Assembly (NCBI GenBank): GCA_963663405.2
Contig: CAXXSM010000132.1
Span: 128,001 to 192,000 of the forward strand
Origin: a bacterium
Lineage (GTDB): Bacteria > Hinthialibacterota > Hinthialibacteria > Hinthialibacterales > Hinthialibacteraceae
Reading direction: 5' to 3'
Length of the DNA stretch: 64,000 nucleotides
Each line of letters starts with the position of its first letter. Within the stretch, counting starts at the first letter, position 1. The notes under the pieces are model-generated. The model worked only from the letters and a program-made list of their open reading frames with translations. It had not been told where the DNA came from and made no database searches. A program made the translations under genes and the position numbers. Positions 1-9,200 of this stretch are shown here, one piece after another.

Positions 1-1593
1 CTGTCGGAGAAATTATTCGGAAGGCGGTTTTCTTTAATCGATCAAAACGGGGCGCCACGCGGTGAGAAGCATTTTATTTTATACAATCCACCTGTCGTGA
101 ATCAGGAATTGGGGATACGAAAATCCGTCATTAACGAAGCCAGCCGCATCGCCGGTTCGTTTTTATTAAAGGATGTCCAGACGATCGTTTTTGGCCGCAG
201 CCGCCTGCGGGTTGAAATCCTCACGACTTATCTTAAGCGAAAGATGGAGCGCGCCAAGAAAGATCCGGACCGGATCCGGGGCTATCGTGGCGGATATCTC
301 CCCAGCGAACGCCGCGATATCGAAGAAGGCACACGGACCGGCCGTTATCTCGGTATAGTGAGTACAAACGCATTGGAACTCGGGATCGACATCGGGCGGT
401 TGAAAGTGGCTGTTTTGGCGGGGTATCCGGGCACGATCGCATCCACTTGGCAACAGGGTGGACGAGCCGGACGTTCCCAGGAAACATCCGTTGTTGTGCT
501 GGTGGCCAGTTCCGCTCCCTTGGATCAATTTATCATTCAACACCCCCGCTATTTCTTTGGTTCCACGCCGGAAAGCGGTTTGATCAATCCCGATAACCTG
601 GCTATTATGGTCAGCCATCTAAAATGTGGAGCGTTTGAACTCCCCATTGAAGATCAGGAGAACTTCGGCGCGTTAGAGTTGGGTGGAGTGCTCCGCTATT
701 TAGAAGAAGAACGGGTTCTGCGTCATTCCGGGGATAAGTGGTTTTGGTCGAACGAAGCGTATCCGGCGGAGGAGATCTCTCTACGGTCGGCGTCCTCGGA
801 AAACTTTGTCATCCTGAATACGTCTGATGAGAACCGCGTGATCGGAGAAGTTGATCTGCACAGCGCGCCCATGCTGATTCACGAACAAGCCATCTACCTG
901 CATCAAAGTAAGCAATTCGTGATTGACCAACTCGATTGGGATGGGCGCCGGGCGTTGGCGCGGGAGGTGGAAGTTGATTATTACACCGATTCGATCGAAG
1001 AGAGTGATATCAAAGTGCTTTCACAGGAGTTTAGTGAACAGATTGATGCAGAGACGTGTGATGGAGCCACTCATGCCGTTCGTAATTTTGGGGATGTCGC
1101 AGTAAGCACACTCGTTCCTAAATACAAAAAAATCCGGTTTGAAACTCATGAGAATGTAGGATTTGGCGCGATCCATCTCCCCCAATTGGATAAACAGACG
1201 GAATCCTATTGGGTGGAGTTCTCAGAGGCGCTTTCCATGAAACTGATTGAAGAGGGCGCCGATCTGGGGGGAGGGATTCGGGCGCTGGCGACGGCGCTGT
1301 GTAACGTTGTTCCCGTATTTGTTCTCTGCGATCCAAAAGATATCCGCTCCGCTCCAATGGTACGCGCGCCCTTTTCAGGCCTTCCCACAATTTATTTATA
1401 TGATGTGTATCCCGGCGGTATCGGGATCGCCCGGCGGATCTACGATATTGACCAGCGGCTGTTCAAAGCGGCGGGAGAATTGATCCGTGACTGCCATTGC
1501 CGGAACGGCTGCCCATCCTGCGCCGGTCCCCCACTGGAAATCGGGGAACGCGGCAAAAAAAGCGCCCTTGAAATCGCGAAGTATTTGATATAA
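1..1593 (+). CDS. DEAD/DEAH-box helicase with C-terminal DUF1998 Zn-binding domain (MrfA/Hrq1/SftH family), 5'-truncated by window edge
   Basis: Frame open from base 1; STNALELGIDIG, QQGGRAGR, LYDVYPGGIG and CHCRNGCPSC motifs. Confidence 0.93.
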   Translation: MSEKLFGRRFSLIDQNGAPRGEKHFILYNPPVVNQELGIRKSVINEASRIAGSFLLKDVQTIVFGRSRLRVEILTTYLKRKMERAKKDPDRIRGYRGGYLPSERRDIEEGTRTGRYLGIVSTNALELGIDIGRLKVAVLAGYPGTIASTWQQGGRAGRSQETSVVVLVASSAPLDQFIIQHPRYFFGSTPESGLINPDNLAIMVSHLKCGAFELPIEDQENFGALELGGVLRYLEEERVLRHSGDKWFWSNEAYPAEEISLRSASSENFVILNTSDENRVIGEVDLHSAPMLIHEQAIYLHQSKQFVIDQLDWDGRRALAREVEVDYYTDSIEESDIKVLSQEFSEQIDAETCDGATHAVRNFGDVAVSTLVPKYKKIRFETHENVGFGAIHLPQLDKQTESYWVEFSEALSMKLIEEGADLGGGIRALATALCNVVPVFVLCDPKDIRSAPMVRAPFSGLPTIYLYDVYPGGIGIARRIYDIDQRLFKAAGELIRDCHCRNGCPSCAGPPLEIGERGKKSALEIAKYLI

Positions 1594-1727
1594 ATCCTCT
1601 ATGGAACGCGGGTGTCCCGCCCGTGAATGAACCTCTACTTCGTTAATAAAGAACATACACTACTTGTAAAAAAAAGCATCTCCATCCCAATCCAACCAAT
1701 AAAAAAACCACTTTTTTCCAAATTTTC

Positions 1728-1771
1728 TTGACACGCCTACAGTTTGTGGTTACTATACCTACTTAAGTCGG
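1728..1771 (+). promoter_or_regulatory. Sigma70 promoter overlapped by two BlaI/CopY-like operator boxes
   Basis: TTGACA (1728) N17 TACTAT (1751); imperfect dyads CCTACAGTTTGTGG (1736-1749) and CCTACTTAAGTCGG (1758-1771) resemble TACA-N-TGTA boxes. Confidence 0.7.
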
Positions 1772-1790
1772 CTTGCAAGGAGTAAAAGCA

Positions 1791-2204
1791 ATGAATGATG
1801 ATTCTCTGGCGCCGTTATCCGAGGCGCAACAGGAAATTATGGAAATTGTATGGAAACGTGGGGAAGTGTCGGTCAATGAAGTTCGCGACTCATTGGCCAA
1901 GCATCGCGCAATAGCCCGGAATACCGTTCAAACGCTCATGACTCGAATGCTGGAGAAAGGATGGCTTAAGTATCGAACCATCGGGCGCGCGTTTCTGTAT
2001 TCGGCGGTTGTGCCCAAAAAGACTTCCATGGGGCAAAAAGTCAAAGAACTGGTCGATTCCGCTTTTGGCGGCTCCGCGGAAGAATTAATGTCCGCGCTGT
2101 TGGATTATCGTGGACTCACGAAGGAAGAGGCGGATCGAATTCGAGCGTTGATTGACGCGTCCGAAAAGGATCGGGACGTATCGAAACGGAAGGGGAAATC
2201 ATGA
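1791..2204 (+). CDS. BlaI/MecI/CopY family transcriptional repressor
   Basis: LSEAQQEIMEIVW...NTVQTLMTRMLEKGWL; AAGGAG RBS before ATG 1791; overlaps the M56 gene (ATGA). Confidence 0.93.
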   Translation: MNDDSLAPLSEAQQEIMEIVWKRGEVSVNEVRDSLAKHRAIARNTVQTLMTRMLEKGWLKYRTIGRAFLYSAVVPKKTSMGQKVKELVDSAFGGSAEELMSALLDYRGLTKEEADRIRALIDASEKDRDVSKRKGKS

Positions 2205-4078
2205 ATGTGTTGTTGAACCTGTACCCGGGACATTGGTTCACGCATCATGTTTTGACTTTCTTGGCGCAGAGCGCCGCGTTGATTGGCATTGGTTTAGGCG
2301 TATCAAGAATGCTTCAATGGAATGCCGCGAGCCGGTACCAATTGCTGCTGGCCACTTGGTTAGCTATCGCGCTTCTGCCTTTCGCATCATTGTGTGTGCA
2401 ACAGTCAGGATTGAGCTGGATCACCTCACCATATTTTCTTTCGGATGTGGGTGAAACTTCATCAAAAGAGAGTGCGAATGAGCTGGATGTAGAGATGGAG
2501 GCGGCGTATTCCGGTGATCCGGATACCTTGTTTGATGAATATGCGTCCACCTTTTACATTCCGGAGCTCATGCGCGCGACGATCGCGGGATTCTTTCTCG
2601 TCTGGTTGTGTGGTGGAGTGATCCTGTTGATTCGTCTTCTTTCCTGCGTGGTAAAACTCCAGCGCGCATATCATCGCGCGATTCCGTACCAGACTGGCAG
2701 GATCGAATCGATCTGCCGTTCAATCGCGCAAGAATTGGGTATCCAATGGACTCCCCCGGTCGTTCTCTCATCCACGATCGGCGCTCCAGGAGTGCTGGGA
2801 TACCTTCAACCGAAGATTGTGATTCCAAAAAAAATCGTTGACCGGCTCAGCGAAGATCAATTGCGGCAGATTCTGCTGCATGAGACCGCCCATATCATCC
2901 GGCGGGATCCTTGGTTTGCCTTGGCTCAAAAATGCCTGAACGCCGTTTTGTGGCCTCATCCGTTGTTGTATTTGCTCAATCGGGCCATTGCGAGAGCGCG
3001 GGAAGAGGTGTGTGACAACTACGTGCTCAATTCCACGGATTGCGCCATCTATGGGCGGACGCTGGTCGATCTGGCGGAAGTCATTCCATCCGTGCGGTTT
3101 TCCACCGCGTCAATCGGATTGCTCCCCAGCCGCTGGCTGCTGGAGGAGCGTGTCACGCAACTAATCAATACGAGGAGAAAAATCATGAAAAAATCAAACC
3201 CAACAACCATCGCGGGCATCATCGCCGGCGCCGTTTTAATTACTGCTGTCTTCGCTTTCGGTCATCCCGTCTGGGGAGGGGATAAAATCGCAAAGAAAGA
3301 AAAGGCCGCAAAGGTTTCCAAGATGGGCGAAAAAGCTGGAATGGAACTCTATCTGGAGCAAGTACAGAAGAAACTCCAAAAAGCGGTTGAAGCGGGTGAA
3401 TTGACCCAAGAAGAAGCCGACAAGAAATTTCAAGAAATAAAACAAAAAAACAAGAATAGTAAAAAGATTGATATAGGCTCTAAAGAATGGAAAGAGGGGA
3501 TCGATTTTTATCTAAAAGAGACCTGGAAGAAGCTCCAGCAAGGAGTCGAAGAAGGCAAACTGACCAAGGAAGAGGCCGCCGCGAAGTTTGAAGAGATCAA
3601 GAAACATACGTTCGAAAAGGCCAAAGCGGAGCAAAGCGAAAAAGCCAAGATCGACGCCCATCTCAAAGAAGTCTGGGCGAAACTCCAGGAAGGCGTCGAA
3701 GCCGGTAAACTGACCAAAGAAGAAGCCGCCAAGAAGTTTGAAGTCATCAAACAAGATGTTTTAAAAGAGGCGCAGGCCAAGGCTCAGCAATCGAGCGAGG
3801 AGGAAAAAATCGCCGCGTATCTCGAACAAACCTGGGCGGGTCTCCAAAAAGAAGTTGACGCGGGCAATCTAACAATGGTCGAAGCCAAACAAAAAATGGA
3901 TGCCGTCAAAAAAGAGATCTCGGAAAAACAGAAGGTCAAACTAAGAATGAAAGAGAAATCAGACGCTTATTTCCAAAATGTCTGGTCGAAACTCAATGCG
4001 CTGGTTGAAAAAGGCGAACTCACCAAAGAAGACGCCGCTATCATGCTGGGCGCCCTGAAAAATCGGGGCAATAAATAA
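2201..4078 (+). CDS. M56 (BlaR1/MecR1-like) metallopeptidase with C-terminal helical repeats
   Basis: TM helices, ILLHETAHIIRRD, REEVCD; five repeats of WxKLQxxVExGKLTKEEA. Confidence 0.9.
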   Translation: MNVLLNLYPGHWFTHHVLTFLAQSAALIGIGLGVSRMLQWNAASRYQLLLATWLAIALLPFASLCVQQSGLSWITSPYFLSDVGETSSKESANELDVEMEAAYSGDPDTLFDEYASTFYIPELMRATIAGFFLVWLCGGVILLIRLLSCVVKLQRAYHRAIPYQTGRIESICRSIAQELGIQWTPPVVLSSTIGAPGVLGYLQPKIVIPKKIVDRLSEDQLRQILLHETAHIIRRDPWFALAQKCLNAVLWPHPLLYLLNRAIARAREEVCDNYVLNSTDCAIYGRTLVDLAEVIPSVRFSTASIGLLPSRWLLEERVTQLINTRRKIMKKSNPTTIAGIIAGAVLITAVFAFGHPVWGGDKIAKKEKAAKVSKMGEKAGMELYLEQVQKKLQKAVEAGELTQEEADKKFQEIKQKNKNSKKIDIGSKEWKEGIDFYLKETWKKLQQGVEEGKLTKEEAAAKFEEIKKHTFEKAKAEQSEKAKIDAHLKEVWAKLQEGVEAGKLTKEEAAKKFEVIKQDVLKEAQAKAQQSSEEEKIAAYLEQTWAGLQKEVDAGNLTMVEAKQKMDAVKKEISEKQKVKLRMKEKSDAYFQNVWSKLNALVEKGELTKEDAAIMLGALKNRGNK

Positions 4079-4140
4079 ATGTAACCTCCCTTCAGCGGCG
4101 TTATAGACAGAATTGAAAACGCCGTCCTGACAATCGAAAG

Positions 4141-4177
4141 CGCGGTTGTGTTGGACACTCCTTCCAACACAACCGCG
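4141..4177. terminator. 15-bp perfect hairpin downstream of the BlaI/M56 operon
   Basis: CGCGGTTGTGTTGGA-cactcct-TCCAACACAACCGCG; no strong U-tract. Confidence 0.55.
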
Positions 4178-4896
4178 TGGCAAAAACCGGAATACTTCCG
4201 ATTTAGTCTTTTCAATTATATTAAAACCACCACATTACACGATTTATTCCGCTTCTTTCGACGCCATCTCACGTTCGGCGATGATATCCTCAAGATATTC
4301 CTTTTCCATTACTTGGTCATCGTGGAGTATTTTTAACTAGTGGAATTCAGTGATCAAATTTTCTATATTCAGATTAAACAGGTAATTCAATACTTATCCA
4401 TAAGCGCTCTTTTTAAAATATCCTGCAGAATACAGCGGATCGTTTGTTCGAAAAGGGGATAGAGGAAGATGATGCAAGATGAGCAAACGCTGGTTACAAG
4501 ACTTAATCTTGACGTCTACTGAGTGATGAAGATATTTCTACAATGAATTAATACTATTCATAAATTCTTAGTATCAATCGGCGGAAGCGTGGGGATAATA
4601 AATTGGAGGAACTTTTTTCCTGTAGACAGAACTTTTTTCCCATGAGGAGAAACGAACAAAATAAATAGTATTTTTTAATAAACCATTCTTGTCATTACGC
4701 CTTTCTAATCTTTTATGGGATTCATTGATTTTGACATTTTTCTCTTTCTCTTCATTTCCTCTAGAAACAGTAACAACACGTACGATTGAATAGGAACCGC
4801 AACGATTTCGATTTTTTTAGTTTCCAATGGAACATTTCTTGCTGTTTCGTTTCTTGCTTTACGATCCATATTTTCTAAAAGAGAGGAGGTGAGATA

Positions 4897-5469
4897 ATGA
4901 ATGTCGGAAGTGTGCAGTATAGCCAAACAGCATACCAACCAACAGGCGCTCGAGGAACGCAACAACAGGATTTTGAAAGCATCATGGAACAAAAGCGCGC
5001 CGAATTAGAGAAGGCGGTTGAATCTGGCGCCATTGATACAGATGAGTTACAAGAGAAACTGCAAGCTCAGTTTGGGGATGCTGTAAACGAAGCGTTTGGT
5101 GAAGACGGCAGTGTCGATTTCGAGAAGTTAGACGAAATAATACAAAGCCAAATGGGACAAGTTGGTCAGGGCATGCCTCCTGGTGGGATGCCGGGAATGT
5201 CCGGACCACCGCCGGGCGGTCCACCCCCCAATGGCGGCCAACTGGATCCCGAAGAAATGCAAGCCAAATTGGCCAGCATCTTCGGAGAGGATGCGGAAGG
5301 TATCGTGAGTGAGGATGGAGAGATTGATTCGGAACGGTTGCAAGAATTAATCGAGGAAAACAAGAATTCCGATTTCGGAAGTGGGTATAGATCCCCCTTT
5401 AGTTCAAACTCGATGGATTCCGGATCATCTTTTATGATGCGCGCTGTATTCGTTGATCAGAACGCATAA
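4897..5469 (+). CDS. Hypothetical acidic protein with two EF-hand-like repeats and a Gly/Pro/Met linker
   Basis: GGAGG RBS; FGEDGSVDFEKL and VSEDGEIDSERL repeats separated by a PPGG-rich linker. Confidence 0.75.
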   Translation: MNVGSVQYSQTAYQPTGARGTQQQDFESIMEQKRAELEKAVESGAIDTDELQEKLQAQFGDAVNEAFGEDGSVDFEKLDEIIQSQMGQVGQGMPPGGMPGMSGPPPGGPPPNGGQLDPEEMQAKLASIFGEDAEGIVSEDGEIDSERLQELIEENKNSDFGSGYRSPFSSNSMDSGSSFMMRAVFVDQNA

Positions 5470-5552
5470 AAAAACGAGCGTAACAATTCCCTGCGGCTAA
5501 AGGAATGGCTGACAAACCTGACTACGCGGAGGGGGTTGTTACGCTCTCTTTT
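5470..5552. other. Long hairpin flanked by A/T tracts (bidirectional terminator or small RNA)
   Basis: GAGCGTAACAA (5476-5486) pairs with TTGTTACGCTC (5536-5546), extended by TTCCCT/AGGGGG. Confidence 0.55.
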
Positions 5553-5775
5553 GTAATTATACACGGCATTTTCCTTTTGAAAGCAAATTTAATAGGAAAA
5601 ATTCTGTAAAAATATTTTGTAAGCGGTTTGGGTATGAAAGGAGATATAAAATCGGAATCCGTTGCGCAAAAATTCTAAAACAAGACGCATCAATCCATCC
5701 TTCCCCAAATATGGGCAAGGAAAAGAGCATTAATGCAACGCTGATTAAAAGGTAACGGATTCGAGAGAAGAGAAA

Positions 5776-6063
5776 TTAGAAGATACTTAACATCCGTTCG
5801 GTGTCATCTAAAATTTCCCGGCTGATTCCACTCTTTTTCACTTTTGTGATCAACCGGTTTCGAATCGCCGCAATATCATCCAAACGCTCGTCCAGTTCCG
5901 CTGCGCGTTCGGGCGTCGCGGTCTCTTTTTCAGCCAGCGCTTGTTCCGTGATTTCATTGATACGATTCATATTCTTCATGTATTCTTCAATTGCGTTTTC
6001 AACGGCTTGATCGGATGCAACCATAAGAACTCCTCGTCCTTTATTCATTATAGTCTCACTCAA
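5776..6063 (-). CDS. Hypothetical coiled-coil protein
   Basis: 95-aa ORF with helical composition, isolated between AT-rich intergenic regions. Confidence 0.65.
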   Translation of the reverse strand: MSETIMNKGRGVLMVASDQAVENAIEEYMKNMNRINEITEQALAEKETATPERAAELDERLDDIAAIRNRLITKVKKSGISREILDDTERMLSIF

Positions 6064-6292
6064 GGTGGTTTCTATCTATAAAAAAAACACGCTTATGGAG
6101 AATAGCGGACTCCCTAAAAATGTGAAGCCCTTTCTCAATATTTATATTAAAATGATTTCGTGACTTACTCGTTCGTAATCGCCTCTGCAATCCATTTTTT
6201 TACGCGTTGTGATCGCCATGATTAAGGTATAATTAAAAAAACACACTAATTTAACCTTCAGTCTTCAGCCTTCAACCTAATCCCCTAAAAAA

Positions 6293-9200
6293 TTATAATG
6301 CTTTTTCCAAGGAATATTGAAGATCGGGAATCACCCGTCCGTAAAGGTCTGTGATTTCAAAATAGAATCCCCATGCGCCCGTACTTTCCGTCACTTTGAT
6401 CAAAAAATGATTCCAGCCCTGGTTCAGATTCGTTACGGCCTGCGCGGCGCTGGGAATCGCGGAGCCCATGCGTTGTTTGGCATAGAGTTTCTTATAATTA
6501 TGGTAGATGATGATTCCTTCATCCGCCCCGAATTCTATACGAGCGGGCCGTTCTTTGGGGGAATAAATCCCTAGATACGCGAAGGCGACCGCGTTGTCGT
6601 TCGGAGACAAAAGTGTGTTAAAATCGATATAGCCAGTCGGAGATTGATAGGGAGTCCAAGTCAGAGATCGAGTTTTCCCCTCGTACTCGGCTTTCGTGTC
6701 GATATCCATCTCCGGAGGATAGATACGGTCGAATCCTTCTCCCTCCCGATTTACGAATGGACCTACGATCAACCATTGTTTCAAGAACGAATGACCTACG
6801 GAAAAAATCTGTTCCCGCCGGAAGGGAAGACCTTCCCACGTTCCCGTCAATACAACGGCTAATTCGTATCGGTTTTCCCACAAGGACTGCGTGGGCGTAA
6901 CGGTATAACGAAGACGGTATTCATCTTTCGGTTTCTCGGTTGATTCAAACGAAACGCGATCGGAAGAAACGGCTCTCCAACCGGCCGGCGCATTCAACCG
7001 CAGCCGGAAATCAGCGGAAACAAGAAACGGATTCATCACCTGCGCGGTGACGGAAAATGGATCAACTCCTACGCCGGTATCTCCTGTGACAACGCGTAAT
7101 TGCAGAGGCGCGAAATACCCCGCCAATTCCGATAATAGAACGGGATCGCCATCTCCAGAATCTAGTATTTTCCGCCATTCGCGCATTTCTTTCTTCACCC
7201 GTTCAAACGCGGAAACCGCCGCTTCCGGTTCCACGGTGGGAAGAGTGGATTCACGGGCGTCGTGATCTTCCGCCGGGCAGATCGTGACGCGAATCCCCCG
7301 GAGAAGCGTATCCACTTCGAGCGCCCGATCCACCGCTCCCTGCAAGGTCCAAAGCCGGTCCAACAGACGGGTACGATCCGGATTGTCGACTAATCGCCGC
7401 GCCGTATCCGCGCACGCGTTCCGCAGGAAACGGAGCCACTCGTACTCCTCATGTTTCAATGGACTGGTTTGAAGCAAAATCGGAAACGATTCCAAGCCAT
7501 CCGCCGCCACCGCCAGCCGCTCTCCATTCAGATAGATCAAGTCTTCCTCGCGCCGGGAGCCGGTCAATTCGAGGTGAATCATCTGATGGCTCCGCAGTAA
7601 ATTTACCGCAGTGAATGAAAAACCGGGTACGGTTTTCGCGGCTTGTTCAATCGAGCATTTCGCGCCCAGGTTTGTGATTTCGTTCCGGTCAGTGTCGACC
7701 AATATTTTTCCACAGTTTTTTTGCGCCAAAACCAAGGTCAGCGTATCGCCTCGCCGCAGAGAAAGCGGATTATTGAATCCATACGTCCGTTGATTTACAC
7801 GCGAGAAATCCGTTCCCGGAACATACGAACCGTTGTGCATAACCCGCAGCAAAGTGTGATTGCTGTCAACTGTGTTGGGCAGCAGACAGGCGGCTTGCAG
7901 AAGATTTGATTTTTTACTGGAGGGCGCCTGGTCGAAATGAAGGTTGTATTCCACCTGCCCCGTTAATCTGGATCGAGTCCATTCGATCGTTCCCGAATAC
8001 AAAGGCGTCGTGAATGGAAACGAAAAGCGATCCAACTCACCGAGGGGTTGAAATCCTACAATGATACAGCGCCTCCGCATTTCCAGTTGGGCGCCCGCGA
8101 CACTATCGAGAAAGGTCCATGAAGAGAGCGCCGCTGCGCTGGCTCTCGCGCCGTCCCCTGTTTGCAACGCGTTCTTCCAAGGACTCTCGAAAAGATCAGC
8201 GCCGCGCGCGTCTAAGCGTCGTTCGCATTCCCAGGCGGCGTTTGTGTATCCGTATAACGCCAGCGTTGATACGCCGAATGATTCAAAAAAAGGAGGAAAT
8301 GTGATCGCTCGATAGACATCCGGCGATCCGTGAGAAAACATTCCCAGCAAAGAAACAAGGGATTGGTGAACCTGGCTGCGATCAAATAGGGGCCGCCACC
8401 CTTCCCCGGCGGCGAACCATTCTCCAGGAAACGCTTCCGGCAGCAACACGCCTGAATCCGGGGCGCTGGGCCGGTTGGAGTCAAAGTAGCGATTAAAAAA
8501 CCGTCCATTCCAAAGTTGACTCGCCGTGTTGTTAAGCGCCCGTTCGCGTGTCCGGTGGCATTGGGTTTGAAGATCGTAATTATTGAACCATGAACTCCAT
8601 TCCTCTCCGGCTTCCAACGCCGCCGCCCAGAGGGACGCGGAATAAACCGAGGCGCCTTCTCTTATTTCATCCTGCCAAAATGATGGGCCGTCCGGGATCG
8701 AATCGCCGTTCTTGTCTTCCCCAATTAACCAATTGAGCGCCGCGTTGATGTGAGGATACAGCGCCTTTAGAAATTCTTCATCCCCGCTGGTGAGGTAGTA
8801 TTTATAGGTTAAAAGAATGAACGCGCCCGTTGAATCGGGCCGTCCTGGAAATCCGCCGGGAATATCCCCCGTCCCGATTGTTGTATAGAGATTCCCCACC
8901 GTGTTGGGAACTTCTCCCGTCGCTAGCTGACAATCAGCGAATTGATGGATCTGCTCCTTCAACCAATCTGGATACCAGCGCAGCCAAAATCCAATCGATG
9001 CGAGATACTCTTCCGGTGAAGTCAGGTTTCCCGGATACCGTGCGTCCCCCGTCAGTGTGAAGAACCTTCCGTCTTTCAAGCGCACACTTGACGATGGAAT
9101 CGAGGCCAGCGTATTCATCAATCGCTCGGACATCCATTCCGGAAGCGAAGATTCTAGAATCGGGCGCCGCTCCTCCTCGATTTGGCGTAGCAATTCCTGC

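Noticed and set aside
1603-1623. GGAACGCGGGTGTCCCGCCCG, with a similar copy at 28133-28154
   Set aside because: Ordinary short REP-like palindrome; only two degenerate copies and no further structure
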